Positions 48,795 through 59,787 of a stretch of DNA of 64,000 nt are shown here, piece by piece. The stretch is from NCBI GenBank assembly GCA_964573135.1, contig CAZNIO010000007.1, positions 117-64,116 on the forward strand, written 5' to 3'. A program made the position numbers and the translations under genes. Position 1 is the first letter of the stretch, and each line of letters opens with the position of its first letter. The notes below the pieces were generated by a model. The model did no database searches. It was given only the letters and a program-made list of their open reading frames with translations, and was not told the origin of the DNA. The DNA is from an uncultured Gammaproteobacteria bacterium. Its GTDB lineage: Bacteria; Patescibacteriota; Patescibacteriia; UBA2196; GWA2-42-15.

Positions 48795-49683
48795 TTTAAA
48801 ATATTGGGTAGCTATTTCGCATATTCCAGGTATTGGGCCCCAAAGGTTTAAAAAATTGTATTCATTTTTTTCTTCTATGGAAAACGCTTGGCAGGCCAGC
48901 CTCTTTAATCTCAAGCAAGCCGGGCTAGAGGACAAGATAGCTAAAAATTTTCTATCTGCTAAATTGCATATCAACCCTGATGAATGTATGAGCATAATGG
49001 ATAAAGAAAAAATTAAAGCTATTACTATACACGATAACAAATACCCAAAACTTTTAAAAGAAATTTATTCACCTCCCGCTATCTTATATTACAGAGGTCA
49101 AATAGAGCATAAATATGACAATTTGTCAGTTGGCATTGTTGGCACCAGGCGTTTTACCTCTTATGGTAGGCAAGCGACAGAAAAAATAGTCAGTGATTTG
49201 GCACGCCAAGGTGTGGCAATCGTTTCTGGTTTGGCCCTAGGTATTGATACTTTGGCGCACCAAATTACTCTTACGCAAAAAGGCAGAACCGTTGCTGTTT
49301 TAGGGTGTGGCTTAGCAAACCAAGACATATATCCAGCCGCTAATCGTCATCTGGCAGATGAGATTATTTCAAATCAGGGTTTGCTTTTATCAGAGTTTCC
49401 AATTGGTACAGCTCCTTTAAGACAGCACTTTCCTCAAAGAAATAGAATTGTTTCAGGACTTTGCCGTGGTGTTGTTATTATTGAAAGCCCAGAGCGTTCA
49501 GGTTCTCTTATAACCACAAATTTAGCTGTAGAGCAAAATAGGGAAGTCTTTGCCGTTCCCGGCAATATATTCTATGAGAATTCTAAAGGTACTCATAATT
49601 TGATCAAAATGGGAGCCAAACTTATTACCTCAGCCGATGATGTATTAGAATCCTTATCCATGCTTGACACCCCTAATTCTTAA
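48784..49683 (+). CDS. dprA: DNA processing protein DprA (Smf).
   Basis: Rossmann-like core GIVGTRRFTSYGRQATEKIVSDLARQGVAIVSGLALGIDTLAHQ and an N-terminal SAM-like region. Confidence 0.9.
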   Translation: MLDDLKYWVAISHIPGIGPQRFKKLYSFFSSMENAWQASLFNLKQAGLEDKIAKNFLSAKLHINPDECMSIMDKEKIKAITIHDNKYPKLLKEIYSPPAILYYRGQIEHKYDNLSVGIVGTRRFTSYGRQATEKIVSDLARQGVAIVSGLALGIDTLAHQITLTQKGRTVAVLGCGLANQDIYPAANRHLADEIISNQGLLLSEFPIGTAPLRQHFPQRNRIVSGLCRGVVIIESPERSGSLITTNLAVEQNREVFAVPGNIFYENSKGTHNLIKMGAKLITSADDVLESLSMLDTPNS

Positions 49684-49719
49684 AGTATAATAAAAATATT
49701 ATTCATTCATTAAATAATC

Positions 49720-50355
49720 ATGAAAAAAGTATCACAAGCAGCCAAGGTTGATGTTCTCCTGGGTCTTTTTGTTGCTTCATTAATAGCTGCTAATTTCCTA
49801 GGTAGTAAAATTACTACCATTTTGGGAGTATCAGTTTCAGTTGGTATTTTTGCCTATCCTATCTCATTTCTAATTACCGACATGATTGAAGAAGTCATGG
49901 GTAAAGAAAAGACCAAACGCTTCGTCCTCTCTGGTTTTATCGCCTTAGTTGTAGTTTTAATTTTGACTTTAATTTCAGTTTACCTAAAACCTGCCTCAAG
50001 GTATCCATATAATGCAGAGTATTTAATAGTTTTTAAATCATCCCTAAGGATGATTGTTGCTAGCTTGGTTGCTTTTACTCTAAGCCAAACTCATGATATA
50101 TGGGCCTTTAATTTTTGGAAACAAAAAACCAAAGGTAGATTCCTTTGGCTACGTAACAATCTCTCAACGATTGTCAGTCAGTTTATTGATTCCACTATTT
50201 TTATGTTCATAGCTTTCTATGCTATAACACCTAAATTCACCGTTGGTTTTATATTTTCTCTAATAATTCCTTATTGGTTATTTAAAATAGCCTTTGCTAT
50301 TTTAGATACGCCGTTAGTTTACGCCGGAGTTAAGTGGTTGAGAGAGAAGGAGTAA
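49720..50355 (+). CDS. YhhQ/DUF165-family queuosine-precursor transporter.
   Basis: 6-TM protein with the conserved ANFLGSKI...FAYPISFLITDMI...STIVSQFIDSTIF blocks. Confidence 0.6.
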   Translation: MKKVSQAAKVDVLLGLFVASLIAANFLGSKITTILGVSVSVGIFAYPISFLITDMIEEVMGKEKTKRFVLSGFIALVVVLILTLISVYLKPASRYPYNAEYLIVFKSSLRMIVASLVAFTLSQTHDIWAFNFWKQKTKGRFLWLRNNLSTIVSQFIDSTIFMFIAFYAITPKFTVGFIFSLIIPYWLFKIAFAILDTPLVYAGVKWLREKE

Positions 50356-50712
50356 TAATTAGTTTTATATAAGATAAGACCCAGCTATTTTAGGTTATAG
50401 CGGGGTTTTTTAGTTGTTGAGAGAATGGGCCTTTACAAAAAAAATATTTTGTATATAATAATAAAAAGCCTTTTATTAAGTGGATCACAATAAAACACAA
50501 CGATTGGTAGAGGAGGTGACGTTCTGAAACATAAATACAAATCAAAAAACAAAAGAAATAGGCGCAAAAGAAAAGGAAAACGAAAAAAATAACTTTAGCG
50601 CCTAAATTTCCTCTCGTCTAGGGACCAGCATCATGTATAACCACTGGTCCCTCTTATTTTACCTAAAAACCCTCATCAGTGATGAGGGTTTATATATATC
50701 TAATCATTTTCC

Positions 50713-53169
50713 TTATCTCTTCAACCTTTTCTCCACTTTGGCAATATTCAACGTTGTTGCAATTACCGTATCAGGATTCAATGATATTGAATCAATGCCT
50801 TGTTTCACCAGGAATTCTGCAAAGTCTGGAAAATCACTTGGTCCTTGACCACAAATACCAATTTTTTTCTTATGCTTTTTAGCTGCTTGAATTGCTACTG
50901 AAATTAATATTTTAACTGCCTCATTTTTTTCATTACCTATATATGCCAGAGAACCTGAATCACGATCCAATCCTAATGTTAATTGGGTTAGATCGTTTGA
51001 CCCTATTGAGAAGCCATCAAAGTATTTAGCAAACTCATCCATCAAAATTACATTTGATGGAATTTCAACCATACAATATACTTGGAGTGGTTTTAGTGTT
51101 GTTGCATAGCTCTTTCTCGTTTTTGGATTAATTTTATTTACCTTAACCTTAACTCCTCGAGCCAAGCCGTGCGTTTTCATTACTTCAAGCGTTTTTTTAG
51201 CTTCCTCAACCGTTCGGCAAAAGGGCACCATTACAATTACATTATCTAAGCCAAATTTTTCACGTACTTTTTTCAACGCCAGACATTCCAATTTAAATGC
51301 CTCGCTAAATTCCTTACTATAATACCTCGAAGCTCCACGCCAGCCAATCATTGGGTTAGACTCTACTGGTTCAAATTCTCTACCGCCAATCAGCTCGGCA
51401 TATTCATTCGTCTTAAAGTCAGACATTCTAACTATCACATCTCTGGGGTAGAAAGCTGCTGCAATTTGGCTCACTCCTTCTGCTAATTTATCTATAAAGA
51501 ATTGTTTTTTATCCTTGTAACCCGCAGTCATTTTTTCAATTTCTTTCTTGGCTTTTTGATCCTTTAATTTCGGATAATTAATTAAGGCATTTGGATGGAT
51601 TTTGATATATGAGTTAATCACAAACTCTTCTCTGGCTAATCCCACGCCTTCACTTGGAATTAGGCTTTCGGTAAAGGCATTTTCTGGTATGGCCAGATTC
51701 ATCATTATTTTGGTTTTTGGCTTCTTGAAATTTTTTAAATTTGTCTTCTTTATTTCATGAGGTAAAATTCCCTGATAAGCATAACCAATTTGACCTTCAG
51801 CACATGATACTGTTATTTGCTGCCCAGTCTTAATTATCTTGCTGGCGTTACCAGTTCCCACTATACACGGGATGCCCAGCTCTCTTGATACAATCGCCGC
51901 ATGACATGTTCGGCCACCTTTTTCAGTTACAATAGCTCCTGCTATTTTCATGATTGGTTCCCAATCAGGATCAGTTATATTAGTTACTAAAACTTCCCCT
52001 GGTTTAAAGGCTTTCATGCCTTTGGTATCCATGATTATTCTTGCTTTTCCAGAGCCAATGCGATTGCCTACGCTAGTGCCTTGAGTTACTATTTTTTTAT
52101 TGGGATTCCCTTTTAATTTATATTCTTTCAAAACATTTACATCAGCCATTGAGTGCACAGTTTCTGGTCTGGCTTGTACGATGTAAATCTCATTAGTTAT
52201 TCCATCTTTAGCCCACTCAATATCCATTGATCTTTTATAGTGTTTTTCAATAATTATTCCCCAGCGTGCCAGTTGTAGCACGTCTTCGTCCGACAGGCAT
52301 AGTTTCCCCCTATCTTTTAGAGGTACAACCTCTCTTTTAGTTGGGTTGTCCAGTTTGCCACTATACACCAGCTTGGCTGCTTTAGGCCCTACTTTTTTGG
52401 AGATGATAGCAGGAAACCCTTGGTCAAAAGTAGTTTGAAAAACCCTGAATTCATCTGGTGTTACTTCCCCCTTAACAATGTATTCACCCAGTCCATAGCT
52501 GGCGTTGATTACTAGCAGGTCTTCAAAACCAGATTCAGTATCAGCTGTAAACAGCACGCCTGATACTGATTTATCAGAACGCACCATAATTTGGACTCCT
52601 ACTGACAAGGCAATTTCAAAATGGTCAAAGTGTTTATCTTCCCTATATGAGATGGCGCGGTCCGTAAAAAGCGAGGCGATACAATTGTGGACAGCCAATA
52701 GCAGTTCCTTTTCTCCAGAAATATTCAAATAGGTTTCCTGTTGCCCGGCAAATGACGCATCTGGCAGGTCCTCGGCCGTAGCCGATGATCTAACTGCTAC
52801 AGAAATATTTTTTTTACCTTTTATTAATTTCTTGTATGCCTTAAACACTTCTTTATTTATCTCGTCTGGTAATTCCGATGACATTATTAGGTCTCTTACT
52901 TTTTTACCACGAGCTCTTAAATTAGCTACGCTGTGAGTATTCAAATCCTTTAAAATATTTTTTATTTCCTTCCTAATACCTGCTTTTTGTAGAAAGTATC
53001 TATAGGCATAGGCTGTTAGGGCAAAACCATTTGGTACGCGCACTCCTTCTTTTTCTAGTTTAGAATACATTTCCCCCAAAGAGGCATTTTTGCCACCCAC
53101 ATATGGCACGTCTTTATTCGTTAATTCTTCAAAGAAAAGAATGAATTCTTTTGACTTAGATTTTGGCAT
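50713..53169 (-). CDS. ppsA: Phosphoenolpyruvate synthase (pyruvate, water dikinase; PEP-utilising enzyme family).
   Basis: Phosphohistidine domain GGRTCHAAIVSRELGIPCIVG; N-terminal ATP-grasp and C-terminal PEP/pyruvate-binding TIM-barrel motifs; PpsA-like length. Confidence 0.88.
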   Translation of the reverse strand: MPKSKSKEFILFFEELTNKDVPYVGGKNASLGEMYSKLEKEGVRVPNGFALTAYAYRYFLQKAGIRKEIKNILKDLNTHSVANLRARGKKVRDLIMSSELPDEINKEVFKAYKKLIKGKKNISVAVRSSATAEDLPDASFAGQQETYLNISGEKELLLAVHNCIASLFTDRAISYREDKHFDHFEIALSVGVQIMVRSDKSVSGVLFTADTESGFEDLLVINASYGLGEYIVKGEVTPDEFRVFQTTFDQGFPAIISKKVGPKAAKLVYSGKLDNPTKREVVPLKDRGKLCLSDEDVLQLARWGIIIEKHYKRSMDIEWAKDGITNEIYIVQARPETVHSMADVNVLKEYKLKGNPNKKIVTQGTSVGNRIGSGKARIIMDTKGMKAFKPGEVLVTNITDPDWEPIMKIAGAIVTEKGGRTCHAAIVSRELGIPCIVGTGNASKIIKTGQQITVSCAEGQIGYAYQGILPHEIKKTNLKNFKKPKTKIMMNLAIPENAFTESLIPSEGVGLAREEFVINSYIKIHPNALINYPKLKDQKAKKEIEKMTAGYKDKKQFFIDKLAEGVSQIAAAFYPRDVIVRMSDFKTNEYAELIGGREFEPVESNPMIGWRGASRYYSKEFSEAFKLECLALKKVREKFGLDNVIVMVPFCRTVEEAKKTLEVMKTHGLARGVKVKVNKINPKTRKSYATTLKPLQVYCMVEIPSNVILMDEFAKYFDGFSIGSNDLTQLTLGLDRDSGSLAYIGNEKNEAVKILISVAIQAAKKHKKKIGICGQGPSDFPDFAEFLVKQGIDSISLNPDTVIATTLNIAKVEKRLKR

Positions 53170-53290
53170 AGTTTTTATTTAATTTATATTCTTATTCTAC
53201 CATAAACGCCCCCCTCCAGTGAAGGGGAGCGAAGAGAGGGAGATTTTGATTTTGAGAGAATGCGGTATGAGGATATTCTTTCAAAGATAA

Positions 53291-53617
53291 TTATACATTA
53301 ATTTTTTCTGCGTGTTTGCCCACATATGGCATTTTCCATTTTTTACCCTGCAATGCGTTTATAATCCCAAGAATTGATAGAACTACCAGCAAAAGCCACC
53401 CCAATGGTAAGATTATCAGCCAACCAAGTACTGGAATCATCCCCAGTACCATTACAGCAAATGAACCAATGAATAATACCAGACCCTGCTTGGCGTGAAA
53501 TTGGCAATATTCATCATTGCGTCTGGTTAATAGGGGCACCAGGCACAGAACCCAGATGTATGACATAGCAGCAATAATTCTATTTTCTTGCTCTTTGGTT
53601 ACTTTTTGTTCAGCCAT
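53291..53617 (-). CDS. DUF4870-like small membrane protein.
   Basis: IIAAMSYIWVLCLVPLL...CQFHAKQGLVLFI pattern. Confidence 0.55.
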   Translation of the reverse strand: MAEQKVTKEQENRIIAAMSYIWVLCLVPLLTRRNDEYCQFHAKQGLVLFIGSFAVMVLGMIPVLGWLIILPLGWLLLVVLSILGIINALQGKKWKMPYVGKHAEKINV

Positions 53618-53637
53618 AAAAATATTTATCTTAATTT

Positions 53638-54198
53638 TTAAATTTTTTTGCGTTTAATAAATAAGCCGATGATAAGTCCCACTCCTCCAGCTACCAATCC
53701 CATAAATACCGGTTCTGTAATCAAGTTAAATATGGTCCAAAATTCTCGCACCCAAAATACTTTAAAGATGCTCATAATAAGGCCTAGGCCAAAGCCGGCA
53801 AAAAAACAGGTAATTGCTCCTTGCCACATGGTTTCTTTTTCTTTTCTCTTAACTCGCCACATTAAATATCCAAAAACAAAAAAATCAACAATTAGCAGTA
53901 GGGGATCAACCACTTCCATCATCAATAAGTTTATGCTTTTTATTAGGGCTAGGATATATACCAAAATTTCTAAAGCTGCTAAAAAAATTACCCATTTTTT
54001 GACCAACTCCACATACCAACCAATATCTTGAAAATTAGATTTTTTAGGTTTTTTGGCAATATCATCCGCGCTCTTAGCAAAAACTTTATCTTCTGCACTC
54101 TTTTTTTCTTCTACGTTATCTAATTTATCCAAAACTCTATCCAGCTGGCTCTGGACTGATTCAGTGCTATATACTTTTTTTGTATCTTTTTCCTCCAT
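53638..54198 (-). CDS. Membrane protein (unknown). Trimmed to an internal Met to avoid overlapping the upstream ORF; the listed ORF runs to 54282.
   Basis: 3-4 predicted TM helices. Confidence 0.4.
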   Translation of the reverse strand: MEEKDTKKVYSTESVQSQLDRVLDKLDNVEEKKSAEDKVFAKSADDIAKKPKKSNFQDIGWYVELVKKWVIFLAALEILVYILALIKSINLLMMEVVDPLLLIVDFFVFGYLMWRVKRKEKETMWQGAITCFFAGFGLGLIMSIFKVFWVREFWTIFNLITEPVFMGLVAGGVGLIIGLFIKRKKI

Positions 54199-54217
54199 AT
54201 ATCTTGTATATATTATA

Positions 54218-54541
54218 TCATAAATTAGAAAAAGTGTGTAAATAAAAACACACTGCCCAATAGAATTGGACAATGTGTGCAAAGATTCCCAGCTCTGGCT
54301 GAGCCAGGAAAAAAGAGATTAGCATCCATATTGCGCCACCCATTGCGCTCAGGATGGCGACAAACCCAAGTGATATGTATTTGCCCATGGCAAACCATCT
54401 GTAGAGCAGACAGTTCATTATTATGGGAGATAATATCATTGCTAGTTTATTTCCCGGGAGGGTTTCGCCAGCCAAATATCCCAGGTATATACTGAGCAAC
54501 AAAAGTATTATTCCTACAAAAAACTTTTTAATGGTTTTCAT
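54218..54541 (-). CDS. Small membrane protein (unknown).
   Basis: 3 predicted TM helices. Confidence 0.4.
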   Translation of the reverse strand: MKTIKKFFVGIILLLLSIYLGYLAGETLPGNKLAMILSPIIMNCLLYRWFAMGKYISLGFVAILSAMGGAIWMLISFFLAQPELGIFAHIVQFYWAVCFYLHTFSNL

Positions 54542-54678
54542 CTTCTTTTTTCCTTATTTTGGTATCTTATTTTTTGGTTTTTTAGATTTTATCTATTCTA
54601 ACATAATTTAAGGATTTGTCAACCAAAAAACCGCCCTGATTATTCAGGGCGGTTTATCTAAAAAATTCTGTTAATTCA

Positions 54679-56325
<1,647 letters not shown>

Positions 56326-56332
56326 TTAATAA

Positions 56333-56623
56333 TTATTCTACAATAGCGATTACCTCATTTTCAGATAAGACTAAATAATCTTCTCCTTCGACTTTTATCT
56401 CATCTGGTGAGTATTTTTTAAATAAGATTTTTTGTCCCACCTTAACTGCCATTTCTAAACGACTGCCATTATCAAGTGCGCGACCAGGGCCAACTGCTAC
56501 TACCTCGCCTTGTTCTGGCTTTTCTTTATCGACTGTATCTGGTAAAACAATACCGGATTTTGTGGTTTTGTCTTCAGATACTGGCTTTACGATCATATGA
56601 TCGCTCAAAGGTTTCAAATTCAT
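56333..56623 (-). CDS. groS: Co-chaperonin GroES.
   Basis: 95-aa protein with the GroES mobile-loop pattern, immediately upstream of groEL. Confidence 0.95.
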   Translation of the reverse strand: MNLKPLSDHMIVKPVSEDKTTKSGIVLPDTVDKEKPEQGEVVAVGPGRALDNGSRLEMAVKVGQKILFKKYSPDEIKVEGEDYLVLSENEVIAIVE

Positions 56624-56651
56624 ATATTTACCTAATTTTAGTTAATAATTA

Positions 56652-56678
56652 TTAGCACTCTCCTAATTCAAGTGCTAA
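56652..56678. promoter_or_regulatory. CIRCE operator (HrcA-binding inverted repeat) in the groES-groEL leader.
   Basis: TTAGCACTC-TCCTAATTC-AAGTGCTAA matches the consensus TTAGCACTC-N9-GAGTGCTAA at 17/18 positions. Confidence 0.85.
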
Positions 56679-56712
56679 TTTCTTTATATTATATCATTAT
56701 ATCAATAAAAAA

Positions 56713-56745
56713 AAGCCTGTCAAGAGCAGGCTTCTTTTAAGTAAA
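56713..56745 (-). terminator. Rho-independent terminator for the upstream minus-strand ligase gene (hairpin plus a U-run on the minus strand).
   Basis: Plus-strand sequence aaaaaaaagcctgtcaagagcaggcttctttt. Confidence 0.6.
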
Positions 56746-56750
56746 ATTAA

Positions 56751-58163
56751 TTATTCTTGTATTTTCTCTTCAATCTTTTCAGGTGCTTGAGGCAAAACCT
56801 CTTTTTTGTGTATACCTATGTTTTTTATAAACAGCCCCATCACTAAAAACCATAGATATATGCCAAAAGCAGAAGTGAAGAAATAGTGGTCAAATAGCAT
56901 TAAAATATATACGCATCCCATCGCTGACCCCATAATTAGCAGGGGTAAAGGATGGCCGGTAAATTGATCTTCTTTAGAAGCCACCAAGCGTGCCACAAAA
57001 TACATTAGAAGCAGAAGCATTGCTCCAGCGCCAAATACTCCCAGCTCAGTTGCTATGAGCATATATACATTGTGTACTGGCTGATATTCATAAATTAATT
57101 TTTTACTTCTATCCAAACGTCTTAATTCGTGTGTATAGTTACCCAACCCTATACCTTGAGGCCAGCTATTACGCGCCATATAGTAGGAGTTTTGTAAACT
57201 CGATACGCGTTCGGTATTAGAAACTTGTTCTAGCCTGCTTTCGCCAACAACTCTGGTTTTAACTGGTTGCCAAAAGACTGCCGTTAGAACTATCAATAGA
57301 AGTAATACCCAGGCACCCAGTGCTTTTGACAAGCGCTTGGTCTCATAAGTTGATTTTGAGGTAAAGACAAAGAATAAAAAACATATTGCCAAAACAAAGA
57401 CTAACCAAGCACTCCGTGAAAAAGTTAGAAATACCCCGGTGGTTAATAGGGTGAAGGCAGAGAAAAGAAACCATCGCTGATATGTTTTATCATTTTTAAG
57501 CACCAAATATATTAATAGGGCAAAAGCTACCACCAAAAACCCAGCCAAGATATTAGGATGGGGGAGGGATCCATAAGCTCGTAATAATCTCTCACTCCCG
57601 TATTCTATAACCGACTCACCGGTCAAGCTAGTACTTTTTTGTAAGGCCATACCTAACCACTTACTTTCAAAGACTCGATGCGTAATTACCTGCCAAATTC
57701 CCAAGACTGCCTGCAAGCAAGCCGCTGTAGTTAAAACAACAATCAATTTAATCTGCGAAAACTTTATCTTCCACACCAAGGAGAGGAGGATAAAGGCCAA
57801 TATGAAACGTATTAATAGGTAATATGCCATTTCTTGATTGTATGCCCAAAAATGAGCCGAATAGGCCATCACGCCGATTAATAGCAGGATGATTATAATG
57901 CCAATCGCCTCAGCCTTAGACATGCCAGTCGTAAATTTTATTTTTAAGCTGCGCGCTAGGAGAAAGAGGACAAACATAAGTATAAGCAGGATATCGAAAC
58001 CATACAGGCTCATACGGCCATATTCAAAAATATTTCCACCTATGCTTGAGTCTTTAAATATCCAGCGTGTCTGCCATGGAAGGAGGAAGACAAAAAGATA
58101 TAGCATCCACTCAAGTAGCTTGTTGAAAAATTTATCTTTTTTAGATAATTCAATTTGTTCCAT
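56751..58163 (-). CDS. O-antigen ligase / Wzy-like polysaccharide polymerase family membrane protein.
   Basis: About 12 TM helices with a large loop; pattern typical of the O-antigen ligase (Wzy_C) family. Confidence 0.55.
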   Translation of the reverse strand: MEQIELSKKDKFFNKLLEWMLYLFVFLLPWQTRWIFKDSSIGGNIFEYGRMSLYGFDILLILMFVLFLLARSLKIKFTTGMSKAEAIGIIIILLLIGVMAYSAHFWAYNQEMAYYLLIRFILAFILLSLVWKIKFSQIKLIVVLTTAACLQAVLGIWQVITHRVFESKWLGMALQKSTSLTGESVIEYGSERLLRAYGSLPHPNILAGFLVVAFALLIYLVLKNDKTYQRWFLFSAFTLLTTGVFLTFSRSAWLVFVLAICFLFFVFTSKSTYETKRLSKALGAWVLLLLIVLTAVFWQPVKTRVVGESRLEQVSNTERVSSLQNSYYMARNSWPQGIGLGNYTHELRRLDRSKKLIYEYQPVHNVYMLIATELGVFGAGAMLLLLMYFVARLVASKEDQFTGHPLPLLIMGSAMGCVYILMLFDHYFFTSAFGIYLWFLVMGLFIKNIGIHKKEVLPQAPEKIEEKIQE

Positions 58164-58297
58164 ATATATATTATACCCATGGGCTAATGTGAAAGCAAAT
58201 TTTTTATACTTTGGTAGAAAATTCCAGATTTCTTAATTGCTAGCTTTAGCTGAAATTATCTTATTTAGGGTATTAATTCCGATTTTTTACAGAAAAC

Positions 58298-58347
58298 AAT
58301 GATATAATGAACATAGATTAACAAAACTGTTAATGTTTATATCAAAT
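58298..58347 (+). repeat. Copy 1 of a 50-bp direct repeat comprising an AbiEi-type promoter (-10 TATAAT at 58303-58308), a 16-bp palindromic operator TTAACAAAACTGTTAA (58318-58333) and the ATG. Here it is followed by a scrambled 32-codon ORF remnant.
   Basis: 48/50 nt identical to 60564-60613, which precedes an intact AbiEi gene. Confidence 0.8.
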
Positions 58348-58486
58348 TATTACCTGTATTATTTTTATCATCGGTCTCCGAGTCTTTGTTTGTGCAATAT
58401 CCAGACAGTGAGGATAGCCAAAATATTATAGTTATATTGCTCAAAGGGGGCTTTTCGTCCAATAAAATACCGGGATTTATGACTTA

Positions 58487-59500
58487 TTGACAGAATACCG
58501 GGATTCCCGGTATAATTCAAGTATAGAACCCCTGGATAAATATATGAAAATACACTTCCCCAATAGTGCATTTATTGGAAATATCGACCCTTATCTACGA
58601 GGTATTGATTTTACTAACCGTGAAAAACTGGAAATTACAGCCAATGACAAATGGATTTCAGTTCATCCCATTGTTCTGTCCATTACGGCAGCCCTTGGAT
58701 TACCCATTAAACCGCAAGAAATAGATTGCAAGAGGCTTACGGCAACATCTACTCACTATCTTGAAAGAATGGGCTTATTTGATTTTTTGGGAATTGAGTC
58801 AGGTATGAAAATAGAGAAGCACGAATCAGCTGGACGCTTTATTCCGTTGACTAAGATAAATAATTCCAGCGAATTGACGGAGTTTATTAAAGATATGATT
58901 CCGCTTTTACATTTAGACCCTTTGCAGGCAGACTCCATAAAATACGTTGTAAGCGAATTGGTACGCAATGTCTTGGAGCACTCTCAATCAAAAATTGGAG
59001 CAATTATCTCCGCCCAATACTACAAGAAAAGCAATAAAATTAGAATAGGAATTGTGGATACAGGAGTTGGGATTAAGCAGACCATAGGAGAATCGCATTA
59101 TGCAGAGTCTGACTTGCAGGCCATTCGTTTAGCTCTTATTCCAGGTATCACCGGTACCACAAAAAAAGAGGGTGGCACAGAACTCAACGCTGGAGCAGGC
59201 CTATTTTTCATTAAATCTATTGCCAAAGTAAATCATGATTTTTTTATGATTTATAGCGGTGAAGCCATGTATAAGTTGCTCATTAAACATAGCGGAAAAT
59301 TGTTTGCTGACCCTCTTAAAGACAGGCATTCTATCAAAGAAGATTATCCATATTTCAATGGCACGGCTGTCGGAGTTGATATATCCCTAGATAGCAACAA
59401 AGAATTTTCCGAATTGCTTTCTCTTATCAGGGGTATTTATTCCAAAACTGTACGGGAAAGAAAAAAATCACGTTATAAAAAAAAGCCTAAATTTATATGA
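58487..59500 (+). CDS. GHKL-family (HATPase_c) ATPase, or RsbW-like Ser kinase, with a ~160-aa N-terminal domain of unknown function.
   Basis: N box ELVRNVLEHS, G1 box GIVDTGVGI, G2 box GTELNAGAGLFF. Confidence 0.6.
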   Translation: MTEYRDSRYNSSIEPLDKYMKIHFPNSAFIGNIDPYLRGIDFTNREKLEITANDKWISVHPIVLSITAALGLPIKPQEIDCKRLTATSTHYLERMGLFDFLGIESGMKIEKHESAGRFIPLTKINNSSELTEFIKDMIPLLHLDPLQADSIKYVVSELVRNVLEHSQSKIGAIISAQYYKKSNKIRIGIVDTGVGIKQTIGESHYAESDLQAIRLALIPGITGTTKKEGGTELNAGAGLFFIKSIAKVNHDFFMIYSGEAMYKLLIKHSGKLFADPLKDRHSIKEDYPYFNGTAVGVDISLDSNKEFSELLSLIRGIYSKTVRERKKSRYKKKPKFI

Positions 59501-59787
59501 AAATAATAAAACTACTTCCGCTTGTTGGAGAATTTGCTGAGAACAAAGATATTGCCCGTGATATCAGAATTAAACAAATTATTCCCTTTCTCGGAAATAG
59601 AGAACAGGTTGCAGTTGATTTCTCGGGAATAAGTTCAGCCACGCAGTCATTTATTCACGCTCTCATAAGTGATTTAATAAGAAAATATGACACAGATCTT
59701 TTCGATTTACTGCTATTTAAAAACTGCTCTCCCAATGTTAAAGGAATTATTAATATAGTTGTAGACTATATGCTTGAGAGGGATTAA
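59497..59787 (+). CDS. STAS-like (DUF4325-like) small protein, putative partner of the upstream GHKL ATPase.
   Basis: About 95 aa; FAENKDIARDIRIKQIIP...VAVDFSGISSATQSFIHALISDLIRKY pattern; 4-bp overlap with the upstream gene. Confidence 0.5.
   Translation: MKIIKLLPLVGEFAENKDIARDIRIKQIIPFLGNREQVAVDFSGISSATQSFIHALISDLIRKYDTDLFDLLLFKNCSPNVKGIINIVVDYMLERD

Noticed and set aside
53200-53260. GC-rich patch (gcccccctccagtgaaggggagcg) between ppsA and the DUF4870 gene that looked like a terminator.
   Set aside because: The stem arms are not properly complementary (CCCCTCC against AGGGGAG) and no T-run follows on either strand.
58368-58571. 67-aa minus-strand ORF overlapping the start of the GHKL gene and the 50-bp repeat.
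   Set aside because: No start context or domain, and it overlaps a better-supported plus-strand gene. It is probably non-coding.
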